A DNA stretch of 57,789 nt. It comes from Centroscyllium fabricii. Lineage: Eukaryota. Shown here piece by piece: positions 35,373 through 47,094 of the stretch; the first letter of the stretch is position 1; every line of letters begins with the position of its first letter. The DNA lies in the NCBI GenBank assembly GCA_051313645.2, contig JBNRSN020000489.1:248001-305789 (forward strand), read 5' to 3'. The position numbers and the translations under genes were made by a program. The notes below the pieces were generated by a model. That model was given only the letters and a program-made list of their open reading frames with translations. It was not told the DNA's origin and did not search any database.

Positions 35373-37969
35373 AAAGACAGAGGATCAGAGGGACCTTGGT
35401 GTGCATGTACATAGATCCCTGAAGGCAGCAGGACAGGTGGATAAGGTGATTAAAAAGTAATATGGGATACTTGCCTTCATTAGCCGAGGCACAGAATATA
35501 AGAGCAGGGAGATTATGATGGAGCTGTAGAAAACGCTGGTAAGGCCACAGCTGTAATACTGTGCAGTTCTGGTTGCCACACTATAGGAAAGATGTGATTG
35601 CTTTGGAGAGGGTGCAGAGGAGATTCACCAGGATGTTACCTGGGCTGGAGCGCTTCAGCTATGAAGAAAGACTGGACAGGCTGGGGTTGTTTTCCTTGGA
35701 GCAGAGAAGGTTGAGGGGGGACCTGATTGAGGTGTACAAAATGATGAGGGGCATAGATAGGAGAGATAAAGTTACTTTTTCCCTTAGTAGAGGGATCACT
35801 AACAAGGGGGCATAGTTTCAAGCTAAGGGGTAGGAGGTTTAGAGGGGATTTGAGGGAGTGTAGGAGACTACGTTCTCCTAGCGAAAATAATCAGCCAAAC
35901 TCAGTAGAGTAACAAACAGAATTAATTCAAAAACCCACGAAACGCGCTATGACATCACGGCTTGGTCCCGTGATCCCTGTTTTCCCTTTCTCTTAAAGGG
36001 GATTTTACATGTTTAATTGTGTACAGACATTTATTCGCCAATGTGGAAACACCACATGCGCCCCCCCAGAATCCTCTTTAACTGAGAAAGTCAATCTTTC
36101 AGGCGGCTTTATCAAGCGGCGTAGCGGCTGAAGTACCCGGATGGTGGACGAGGAGTATCCGGGAGGTCGGCCGGTTGAAGAACTGGCGAGTCCGGCGGTT
36201 GATCTGGCGACAGACAAGCAGGGGGGTTGGCTGGTGGCGACGACAAGGTAACAGGAGAAAAAGATGATGAACTCTGGCTGGCAGGCGGAATGGTGGACGG
36301 CCGTGGTGCTGCAGGGGATCTGCCGCGCTGCGGCGGGAGAGCTGGTTGCACTGGGGAGCTGACATCCAGGTGGGCCGGCTTTAGGCGGTCCACTGAAATG
36401 TGGTCAGGCTTCCCGCCGACGTCTATGATGAAAGATTTGTCGCCCGCCTCTAAGACCGGGAAGGGCCCCGTTTACGGTGCTTGAAGAGGGTCTTTGTGCG
36501 CATCCCGGCGTACGAAGATGAACTCTGCCTGGTGTAGGTCCTTTGGGATGTGGGAGAGTTGGGGGCCATGCTGGGATGTGGATACCTGTCGAAACTGCCT
36601 GGTGCCCTCCTGGTGCAGCAAACGCTGTGTAGATGCGGACCATGGCTTCGTTGCGAGAGGAAGGAATTCGCCCGGGACTCTGAGCGGTTGCCCATAGACC
36701 ATTTTGGCCGATGCCGAATTGAGGTCTTCAGTGCGGTACAAAGTCCTAGGAGGACCCAGGGTAACTTGTCTTATCCAACCGGTATCGGCTAGGCAAGCTC
36801 GTAGGGAGGCCTTCAACGATCTGTGAAAGCGCTCAGAGGCCATTGGCCTGCGGGTGGTAGGCTGTGGTTCTGTGGAATTTTGCTCCTAACCCGTGAGCGA
36901 CAGTGTTCCACAGCTGGGAGGTGAACTGGGGGCCTCTGTTGGACGAGATATCGGCGGGCACACCGAATCTGGCCACCCAGGAAGATATAAAAGCCCTTGC
37001 GACGTCGGCCGCGGTGGTGGAGGTTAGGGGGACCATTTCCGGCCATCTTGTGGTGCGGTTGATGATGGTGAGGAGATGCGTATAGCCATGTGATGGTGGC
37101 AGTGGGCCAACTAGGTCCACGGGAATGTGGTCAAAGCGCCTTTCGGGCACAGGGAAAAATTCCAGTGGTGCTTTGGTGTGCTGTTGGACCTTCACTCTCT
37201 GGCGCACCACACACGTGTTTGTCCAGTCTCTCACATCTTTGTGGAGTCCGGGCCACACGAATTTCGCTGCCATGAGCTTCTGGGACACCTGCATACCTGG
37301 GTGGGAAAGCCCATGAACGACGTCAAAAACTTGCCTACGCCAGGAGGATGGGACCACCGGTCGCGGGTCCTTGACAGACACGTCACACACAAGGGTTGTA
37401 CCAGCCACCTGGAAATGCATGTCGGCCATGTTGAGGCCGGTTGCCGCTGATCTTAGTGCCTGGATTTCGGCGTCCGCAGCTTGGTCCTTTGCCATGCTAG
37501 TGTAATCGCCCCTAGGTGCACGGCGTGAAGGGAGGGTCGTGAGAGGCAATCGGCCACCATGTTGTCTTTGCCGGCCACGTGGCGGATGTCTGTGGTAAAT
37601 TCTGAGATGAAACTGAGCTGGCGCTGCTGGCGCGCAGACCAAGGTTCTGCCACTTTAACTATGGCAAAAGTTAACTGTTTATGGTTGACGAATGCCGTGA
37701 ACGGTCGGCCTTCCAGCAGGAACCTAAAATGCCTGACTGCCAAAAACAGAGCAAGCAGCATTCTGTCAAAAGTGCTGTAAGCTTGTTCATTCTTGCGCAA
37801 TTGGCGGCTGAAGAATGCTAGTGGTTGCCACGCGCCGTCAACCCATTGCTGCTGTACTGCCCCGATGGCGTAATCAGTCTTGAGTGCGACCGTGGCACCT
37901 GGGATGGGGTGGGACAAAAGCGTGGTGTTGGTCAAAGCCTGCTTGGTTTTCCCAAATGCTGAGGCCATC

Positions 37970-38064
37970 TCAATTCAATTCAATTCAAGTTTTATTGTCA
38001 TTGCAGAGTACGAGTACAATAGAACGAAACGAAACCTCGCCGCTCCCGAGAGTAGTGCAAATAA
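37970..38064 (-). mobile_element. Short 3' tail fragment of the same Rex1-type family
   Basis: Reverse complement matches 40645-40740, including the (TTGAA)n tail. Confidence 0.85.
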
Positions 38065-39004
38065 GTTTGTCTATGCTAACGGCTCTTTCCCAGTTTTGCC
38101 CCTGGTGGCTTTGTAGAGAGGACGCATGAGTAGGGTGGCTTTGGGCACAAAACGGTGGTAAAAATTAACCATACCCAGAAACTCTTGGAAAGCTTTGACC
38201 GAAGTGGGCCGGGGAAAGTCCGACACTGCCTGCACCTTGGTGGGAAGGGGGATTGCGCCTTCTGCCGAAATCTGGTGACCCAGAAAATCGATCTGAGCCA
38301 GACCGAATTGGCATTTTGCGGGGTTAACGATGAGCCCGTGTTGACTCAGACGCTGGAAGAGGGCGCGCAAGTGCGAGATGTGTTCTGCCTTGCTGGTGCT
38401 GGCCACGAGGATGTCGTCAAGGTAGATGAAAAGGAAAGTCAGATCGCGGAGCACCGAGTCCGTAAGGCATTGGAAGGCCTGCGCAGCATTCTTTAGACCG
38501 AAAGGCACTCTCAGGAATTCGAAAAGCCCAAAAGGGATGATTACCGCCGTCTTCTGAATGTCTGCCTGGTGGACTGGGACTTGGTGATAACCCCGGACCA
38601 GATCTACTTTGGAGAAGATGGATTTTCCCACCAGGTGTGCTGAGAAGTCCTGGATGTGTGGTATGGGGTAGTGGTCGAGTGTGGTGGCATCGCTGAGCCT
38701 TCTGTAGTCGCTGCACGGTCGCAAGCCACCGCCCGGCTTGGGTACAATGTGGAGGGGGGACGACCGGGGACTGTTCGAACGTCGAACGATGCCCAATTTC
38801 TCCATCGTTGCGAACTCCTCTTTGGCTACGGCCATCTTGACCGGGTCAAGGCGTCTAGCTCGAGCATACACCGGTGGACCTGTGGTGGCGATGTGGTGTT
38901 CCACGCCATGTTTTGCTGCCGAGGCCGAAAAAGTTGGCTGCGTGAGCCGAGGGAAATCCACCAGAAGGCGGGAATAGTAGTCCAGCGCTGGCGAGGAACA
39001 GGAC

Positions 39005-40740
39005 CACCTGGATAGCAAAGATACATATATCAGAATGCTGTTTATTGACTACAGCTCAGCATTCAACACCATCGTCCCCAGCAAATTGTCTACCAAACTC
39101 CTCACCCTCGGCCTGAACACCTCCCTCTGCAACTGGACCCTGGACTTCCTTATGGGGCTGTCACACCTTGACGTTTTAGCCAGCGTATGCAAATTTGGCG
39201 AAAACGCTGGTACACGTCGAATATGTTATGGGTAAGTTTTGTATACGTTAAGAGCACGCTGGCATACGCTGGCATACGTCGTTATACTCCGAGTAAGTCG
39301 AGAAATTTTGAGCATGCACAAAATTTCTCGACTTACCCAGCGTATGACTCACACGTCCGCATACGCTGGCCATAAGTTGTAGGCACGTTAGGCGATCGTT
39401 GACACACGTTACTTGTAAGTTAGTCATAAGTCAAAATACGTCGAGATAATGTCTAGCCACGTGATCGTCGGCGAAACGCTGCCGCGCGCTATGCATAAGT
39501 TAGACTATCGTTGGGCATAAGTTGTGGACGCCGACAACACGCTAAGCATTCGTTGGTATAAGTTATCTGTAACTTATCGAAACGATCTGTGTACGTTACT
39601 AATACGTTATGCATACGTCCAACTCGTTATGAATACGCTATTATACGCCCAAAAACTGAAAAAAACACAGCGAACGCCAGCGTTTTAGATAAATTTGCAT
39701 ACGTCGGCATGCGCTAGCTAATTCGTCAAGGTGTGACAGGGCCTTAACCAACAGACCACAGTCTGTGAAGTTAGGCAACCTCACCTCCCCCACCCTTACC
39801 CTGAACACGGGGGCCCCACAAGGTTGTGTGCTGAGCCCCCTCCTCTACTCCCTCTTCACTCACGACTGTGCGGCTGTCCATGGCTCCAACACGATCATCA
39901 AGTTCGCGGATGACACCACGGTGGTTGGCCAGATCACCAACAACGACGAGTCAGCCTACAGGGATGAGATCCAGTGCCTTGTGGGTTGGTGTGCTGACAA
40001 CAACCTGGCACTGAACACCAAGAAAACCAAGGAGATCATAGTGGACTTCCGGAGGACTGGAAGCAGAAGACACACCCCCATCTTCATCCAAGGGGCTGAG
40101 GTGGAAAGGGTGTCCAGCTTCAAGTTCCTCGGGGTCCACATCTCGGAAGATCTCTCCTGGTCACTAAACACCTCCTCTCTGGTTAAGAAGGCCCAACAGC
40201 GCCTGTACTTCCTAAGGAAGCTGAAGAAAGCCAGGCTGTCATCCGGCATCCTCTCCAACTTCTACCGCTGCACAATAGAAAGCATACTGACAAGCTGCAT
40301 CACTGTCTGGTATGGAAATTGCACTATCTCGGACCGGAAAACCCTGCAGCGGGTAGTCAAAACTTCCCAACGAATTACCGGTACACCGCTACCGTCAATG
40401 GAAAGCATCTACCTCAAACGCTGCTTACGGAGGTCTATGAACATTATTAAAGACCCCACACACCCCAGCCACAGTCTGTTCGCCCCCCTGCCCTCCGGGA
40501 GACGCTACAGAGCAATTTGCACCCGCACGACTAGATTTCAGAACAGCTTCTTCCCCCAGAGCTGTCAGACTCCTGAACTCTAAAAAGAAACTCCGGTACC
40601 TGCACGCCTGATAATGTACTTTACTGTATGCAATTTGCATGTAATTTATTTGCACTACTCTCGGGAGAGTCGAGTCTTCGTCTCGTTGTATTGTACTAGT
40701 ACTCTGCAATGACAATAAAACTTGAATTGAATTGAATTGA
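39005..40740 (+). mobile_element. Rex1/Babar-type LINE, 5'-truncated, inside the Gypsy pol
   Basis: [59 protein letters not shown]; tail AATAAA then (TTGAA)n. Confidence 0.92.
39154..39743. mobile_element. CpG-rich MITE (Harbinger- or Kolobok-like) inside Rex1
   Basis: TIR ggggctgtcacaccttgacg / cgtcaaggtgtgacagggcc; TTAT and TTAA flanks; splits the Rex1 DFL/TNRPQ codons. Confidence 0.85.
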
Positions 40741-41827
40741 CCAGACAATGGCCGGCCTGTTGCTTCGTTGGCATATCAAAGAATTAAAGGTGGCCACGTC
40801 GATGAGGCGCCTGTCACGGACGTTGACCAAACGTCCATGGGCGCACAGGAAATCTGTGCCTAGCAGGTGCTGCGAGACTGGCCATTGCGAAATCCCAGGT
40901 AAACCTCTGACTGTTGAAGCAGATTTTCGCCCGACACTTTCCAAATGTGCGGATGGCGGCGCCATTGGCCGCCACATGGGGAGGGCCGCTCCGAGTGGAA
41001 GCTGGGATGATGCTGCACTGTGCGCCTGTGTCACAGAGGAACCGGCGCCCAGACAGCAAATCGGTGATGTAAAGGAGCTTCCCTGCTGAGCCGACTGCCA
41101 TCGTGGCGGCGGGAGTGCGCTCAAAAGAAGCCAGTCGGTGGTGAGAAGTTGGTGGGTCGGGCAGGGCATTCTTTTTTTGTGTTGAACTTGCATGATGGGC
41201 GGCAGCGGTGGGCCCTCGCACCGAAACAGGCGTGATAATAACAAGGGCCTGGGGCTTGGTGAGGCAGTGTGCACACCGTGGGGGAGGGGAACCTCGTCGC
41301 TGCGCAGCCGAGTTGGGCCACTGAGAATATCTTGTCTGCCGCGGCCGCGAGTTTAACACAGTCCGTGATCAGGGACCAGGTGAGGGTGGCCTGGACCTGC
41401 TGAGGAAGTTGGCTCAGGAATAAGGCCCGGAATAAAAAGCACTGCGGTTCGGACCCCAAAAGAGTGAGCATCCGGCTCATCAACTGGGTTGCGGTGGAGT
41501 CGCCGAGGCCTGGTAACGAGAGAAGCCTGCGTGACCTCCCTTTGGACAGGCTGAAGACCTGCAAGAGCCTATCTTTCACTGCCTTGTACTTGCCGACTTC
41601 TGGGGGGGGGGGGGTCCCCAGAAGATCGATGACTTCGGCGGCCGTGGAGCTCTTGAGGGCTGAAACTACGTGGAGGTATCGTTCTTCATCGTCCTCGACT
41701 TTTCGGAGCGAGAACTGGGCCTCTGTATGGGCGAACCAGGCGGGCGCTTGCTGTTCCCAAAACGCAGGGAGCCTTAAGGCCGCAGCGCTGCTCGCCATTG
41801 TGCTGCGTGGGTCAACCGCTTCGGCTG

Positions 41828-41845
41828 CTGACATCGGGGTCACCA
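41828..41845 (-). promoter_or_regulatory. Primer-binding site, tRNA-Trp type
   Basis: TGGTGACCCCGATGTCAG 1 nt from the 5' LTR; 15/18 match to the tRNA-Trp-type PBS TGGTGACCCCGACGTGAT recalled from avian retroviruses. Confidence 0.8.
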
Positions 41846-42565
41846 ATGTAGGAGACTACGTTCTCCTGGCGAAAATAATCAGCCAAACTTGGTAGAGTAA
41901 CTCAACACAGGTCTTTACTTCCAACTCCAACAAACAGAATGAATTCAACAGCCCGCGAAACGCGCTACGACATCACGGCTTGGTCCCGTGATCCCCGTTT
42001 TCCCTCTCTCTTAAAGGGGAGGGGAAGACTGCCAGTTAAAGGGGATTTTACATGTTTAATTGTGTACAGACATTTATTCCCCAATGTGGAAACACCACAG
42101 AAAAACTTTTTCACCCAGAGGGTGGTTGGAATCTTGAATTCACTGCCTGAAAGGGTGGTAGAGGAAGGAACCCTCACAACATTCAAGAAGCATTTGGATG
42201 AGCACTTGAAATGCCATAGCATACAAGGCTATGGACCAAATGCAGGAAAATGGGATTAGAAGAGGCAGGGCTTGATGGCCGGTGCGGGCATGATGGGCCT
42301 CTTTCTGTGCTGTATAACTATGACCATCACCGTCCGTGGCCTCTTGCATTGTTCCACGCAAGCTCAGCGTAAGCTTGAGGAACAGTACCTCATCTTCCGA
42401 TTACACACTTTACAGCCTTCCTGACTCAATATCAAGTTCAATAATTTCAGATCATAACCTCAGCCCCATTATATTTTCACATTTTTCATCCACACCTTTG
42501 GTTTGTGCCTTTTCCATTTTTTTCTCTCCCCATGGCAGATATGTCTCATTCTGCCAGCGCATTTC

Positions 42566-42864
42566 ATAGAATCCTTACAGTGCAGGTAGAGGCCATTTCG
42601 GCCCACCGAGCCTGCACCGACACATATCCCACCCTATCCCCATAACCTCACATATTCAATCCCCCTAACACTAAGGGTCAATTTATCCTGGCCAATCAAA
42701 CTAACCCGCACATCTTTGGACTGTGGGAGGAAACCAGAGCACCCGGAGGAAACCCACGCAGACACGGGGAGAATGTGCAAACTCCACACAGATAGTCACC
42801 CGAGGCCGGATTTGAACCCGGACCCCTAGCGCTGTGAGGCAACAGTGCTAACCACTATGCCACG
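42566..42864 (-). mobile_element. HE1/V-SINE-like SINE with a different CR1-type tail
   Basis: Reverse complement of the head and V-domain; tail gcaggctcggtgggccgaaatggcctctacctgcactgtaaggattctatg. Confidence 0.85.
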
Positions 42865-44220
42865 AAGCCCCCACTCCCACCGCGGTCTCCATCCCCCCAC
42901 GAAGCCTTCCCCCTCCATCACTTCCGACACCTGCCCCCGCTCCTCCGGCAGCCCCCATGCAATCCCTCCCTTTTGCCCTCTCCTTTTTACAGCCTTGTGC
43001 CACAGGACTAACCACCCGGAGCTAGCCAGCCTCTCAATCTGGCTGGCTCTGGGTGGGAAACACAGTTTTCCCATGCAAATCAGGCCCTGCCATTAAATTT
43101 GGCAGGGCCTACGGGAAATCCGTCCTCCTGGCTGCTTCGGAGTACTCCCGCTCCCAACCTGCCTTCCCCATTAAACCTCTGCCCACACTCTCTGTTGTGT
43201 TGCGGCAGTCTGTAGGAAGCGGATGAACTTGCGTTGAGCAGTGTTGTGCTCCATTTCTCCATCCTTCATAGGGGTGTTGCTAAAGCTGGCAGTAGAATTC
43301 TGCTCCTATCTTCTTTGGTTAAAAGGGTGGGTGGGTGGGTGGAGGGGAAACATGTGGAGTCCTTCAAATATTGATCCTGGTGGGAGAACAAAATGCTGAC
43401 GGTGCTGTTTGGATATTAAGAGAGGGGAGTGCATTTCAGCCCAAGTGCTCAGTTCTATAGCTGGGAGCATTGGTTCCGGCTGCAGCAGGTACGTCAGCAG
43501 GCACTATCAACACTTCAGTCAGCACTGCGATCAATATCCTTGGGGACTCTTTTCATTGGTTTCAGCAGCCAGACTGGAGTAGGAAAAGCAAGAAAATCAG
43601 CTGTTACAATTGCTGATCTGCTTGTGTGGAGAGCTGAATAGGAAGGCAGCAGGAGGGTTTTCCAGAGTATCTCATGGTTGGGTGCAGAAGCTTCGAGCTG
43701 GCTTTAGGTGAGGAGAGGCCGAGAGTAGTATGCTTGGGGTCACCACGCAGGTTTTGGGAGCAGTAATCTGCTTTTTGATGGTTTCTCTGGGCGACATGGT
43801 TGGGAGAAGCTAAGTTTTTGTTATTACAGCAGTTTCCTCACTTGGCACACATTGGATCTAGAGTTTTCCAGCTCAAGCAATTCCTTGGGTCACAGCCATG
43901 ATCGTGCTGAATGGCGGAGCAGGCTTGAAGGGCCGAATGGCCTACTCCTGCTCCGATATTTCTATGACACTGGTCTTTCACCGCTGGGACCTGGGTTTTA
44001 GGCAACGCTCCTAATATTCTTCAGCTCGAAGTCAATTTCAATGTCAAATCGCCTCTTAGTACACGATGCTGGCTGTGAGGAACAAGCTTCTACTGGATAC
44101 AAGAATGAGCATGCTCAATTACTGAGGGAGTTGTTTTAAGATAGCATGCACAAGCTTAGCCATAAGAATTATCCTTCAACGGAGTGTTCAGACTTCAAAA
44201 TACAATTCTAAACTAAGTCT

Positions 44221-44226
44221 TTTATT
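44221..44226 (-). promoter_or_regulatory. Candidate distal poly(A) signal of PPID
   Basis: AATAAA on the minus strand at the far end of an AT-rich, largely TE-free 1.8 kb tract downstream of the PPID stop. Confidence 0.45.
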
Positions 44227-45401
44227 GAAAAGATACAATGTAATTGTTCTTGCAATATATTGTATTATGGTATATGTTTTGCAGGTGTATTGGTTAGACT
44301 ACTAAACAATGTAAATTCATGGTACAATCAGTAATAAACATTTTTCAGTTTAATTTCTTCCAGTAAACAATATACATCAGACTAGAGGGCAAAACACACA
44401 TCAGCTTCAACTTGTGCTCAGTTTGTATTTAAGAAAATACAACCTACATGGGCTTAATCATACTTTAGAAATAGTCTTAAATACTGATGACCTAAATAGC
44501 AGCCTGCCAGAAGGATGTGGACATCAGCTGTCATTTGTAAGAAGTGCATTCAGCTTTGAATGGATTGTAAATCAATTACAGCAATATCTGTAAATAAAGA
44601 AAAGTTTGATATTATCAAATTGTACCCCTCACTAAACCATTTGTATCGGCCAAACAAAATATTTTCCTTGCTGAAATGTGAATAGGGTACAATACTTCAG
44701 TGTTACTCTAATTATTGTAAAGTGTTTATATGTTATTTTGTGTTTCTGCAGAAAGAGAGAAAAGTGAAAAGTTACAGGAGTTGAGAGGCAACTGGATCAA
44801 TGCCCAGCATAATGACATTTTCAAAGACAGTAAAGCTGACAACAGATGAACAACTGCAAGAACAGAATGTGAAGTCAGTTTTTCAATAAAAAGGGTAGAT
44901 TACTTCTTTTGTGCTCCAAGCATAACTAGAATGTTGGAATTGAGTTGTTATTCATCGTTAATATTAATTCAATTTACAACTAAATTGGGTCAAAACCACT
45001 CTAAACAAGTTCTGTGCCAATATGTATAAATTTTAAACACTGTCCTCCATATGAGTAAAATAAACAGTTTAGAAGCCATATATAGTGTAAACCTTTACAG
45101 ACCGTCTCATCGAAAATAGTAAGTTATTTATAAAAACAAAACAGTTCTTCAAAGACAAGAATAGTGACACATATATATTACTACTTTCGTGCATTTACTA
45201 AGTGAAAAATTCTGTAAATAGAAATATCGACAGATCTGGCACGGATAAACAGTTCAGACCTTTGTTCTTGATATTTACTTTAACATCCGAGATCTTTAAC
45301 AGCTCCATTGCAACAGACAGCTGCAAGTATGGTGTCAGCAGCACAGCTGAATCTCAACATCTGTCCACCCTCTAGTCTCTGTAGTTTCCTTAAACAATGT
45401 A

Positions 45402-45918
45402 CAGAAAACTCTTTATTATCCGGCATCTAAATTTCCGGAATTCTCTACTACCCGGCAAAATTCTCGCTCCGAAAACAACACCTTAATAACCGGCAACATT
45501 GCAGAGTCCAAGACGGAGTCTCCCGCGGTGGCCGAGTCAGTCAATCGGGGTAGTTCTCCAAACTGCTACTGCTCGGATTCTTGGCGCTGTCTGAAGTCTG
45601 AAGACCTCAAAAACCCTTCATCAGAAGCCTGACTCTCCCACGCTGCTGGTAGCTTCTTCTGATCCGCCATTTTACAGGGGTACAGTACTGTACTGTGTGT
45701 CTCCCACGCTGCTGGTAGTCATTGCATTGCATTATGGAAATCCCAAAAGTTGGTCCAAGAAAAACATTCTGTAGGTGAGTACCCAATTACTGTATACTGC
45801 ACATTTCTTGATTTTTAAAAATTTTCTTTGTTAAAAAAAGCCTCAGTAGATAACCCTCTGTTATCAGGAAATTTTGATAAACCGGCAACACCAGTGCTGG
45901 ATAATAAAGAGTTTCCTG
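45402..45918. mobile_element. Tigger/pogo-like MITE in the presumptive PPID 3' UTR
   Basis: TIR cagaaaactctttattatccggca versus tgctggataataaagagtttcctg; TA on both sides. Confidence 0.85.
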
Positions 45919-46038
45919 TACTTTGTCTGTGAAGCAGACTACATACCCAAACAAACAACTTAACACTGTCCTCAGAATATCAAGACAGAAAACAGCAGCC
46001 CAGATGGCTGTTTAGAAGTATGAAACAAAATCAACTTA

Positions 46039-46127
46039 TCAAGCGAACATTTTTGCATAAGTTGCCTTTTCCTTCTCTTTCTGTTCCTTTATCTTTTGTT
46101 TCACTCGGAGTATTTCACTGTTTATAG
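46039..46127 (-). CDS. PPID: PPID terminal coding exon
   Basis: AINSEILRVKQKIKEQKEKEKATYAKMFA*; conserved YAKMFA end; TGA followed by TAA. Confidence 0.95.
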
Positions 46128-46238
46128 CTGCAAGAGTATAAAAAGGAAACAGGCTTAATATTTGTGAGCTGAGGAGATTCCCGAATTATTTTCCCAATTA
46201 TTCTTGTATGTACTGGAAATAAAGATTTTACAACTTAC

Positions 46239-46281
46239 CTTTGTCTTCAGGTGTAATTTCCTGAGCTTTCTTAAGATCATC
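46239..46281 (-). CDS. PPID: PPID small exon (exon 9 equivalent)
   Basis: DDLKKAQEITPEDK; 43 nt; acceptor tag, donor gtaagt. Confidence 0.93.
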
Positions 46282-46447
46282 CTATTTAAAAACAAAAATT
46301 TAAATTACTCCGACGTCACACATAAATTTCCACCTACTCAGCTCTCCAATGGATTTATTCCAACTCCTTAGCATCCTTTGTAAATTTGATGTTACATAAT
46401 ATTAATGAAAGATATACCAATCACAAGAATTTAAGATGTTACAGTAC

Positions 46448-46534
46448 CAGTGCCTGATCGTAATCCTTCTTTGCTTGCCAGGCCTGGGCCCTTCTGTAAA
46501 GCGCCTTTGTGTTTGACTGATTAATTGCAAGAGC
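46448..46534 (-). CDS. PPID: PPID exon, TPR3 (exon 8 equivalent)
   Basis: ALAINQSNTKALYRRAQAWQAKKDYDQAL (KALYRRAQ TPR motif); 87 nt; AG/GT flanks. Confidence 0.95.
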
Positions 46535-47094
46535 CTGTCAAAGGAAGAAATTATGTTAGATATGAGATCTGTTCCCAATATAATTTGCTAAATATTCTGC
46601 TTCGCAGTAGTGGTAAAAAAAGGGCAAGGAAATGTAATTTCAATATTTCCAAGACCCAACAACAGGAAGTTGGCTTAGGTAAGGGAACCAGTCATACCAA
46701 CTCGCCATTCAGGTTTCCACACAGAACGCCACTGATACAAGTGGCAGAAGCAAAGTCAGATAGCTCGGCCCAGTCTTCACATAGCAGCTATGTGTTACTC
46801 ATGACAGCAATCAAATATCCAGATGATAAAGTCAGATCATAGAATCATAGAATGGTTACAGCACTTGGAATGCCGGCACGGGCTCGACAGGCCGAATGGC
46901 CTCCTTCTGTGCTGTAACCATTCTAAGATTCTATGATAACAGTATCCAGTTAACATAACAAGGGGTTTCATTGTTACGACTGCTCAGGTCAAGTTAATGT
47001 GTGACTAGATATTGGGGGCTGGATTTTAAGGAGGTAGGCAGATTGGGAGCGGGGACCATTAGGCGGGTGGGAAACCCGGAAGACCGAATTCAAA

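Larger units (their letters stand above)
35859..42099 (-). mobile_element. Ty3/Gypsy LTR retrotransposon, both LTRs present, decayed
   Basis: LTRs 41847-42099 and 35859-36056 (TG..CA); gag LPAFW..WF, protease DTGA, RT YPIP/YLDD, RNase H DY/ADCLSR and integrase HPG, DLVGP, YHPQANG in Gypsy order; G-rich PPT at 36057-36075. Confidence 0.96.
31088..42322 (+). mobile_element. CR1 3' fragment in three pieces (31088-31328, 35373-35858, 42100-42322)
   Basis: INDLD..KFADDTK..GKTLG, then EDQRDLGV..RFRGDL, then KNFFTQRVV..GKWD and tail; the pieces are collinear. Confidence 0.85.

Noticed and set aside
35855-35858. Target-site duplication of the Gypsy element
   Set aside because: Left GGAG and right GAAA match at only 2 of 4 positions, so no TSD is claimed.
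39240-39720. CRISPR-like or bacterial contaminant repeat array
   Set aside because: The motifs are short and irregular with no repeat-spacer period, and they are enclosed by MITE TIRs within a eukaryotic LINE.
43082-43110. Short palindrome aggccctgcca..tggcagggcct
   Set aside because: Probably an internal motif of a degraded MITE; I could not define boundaries or function.
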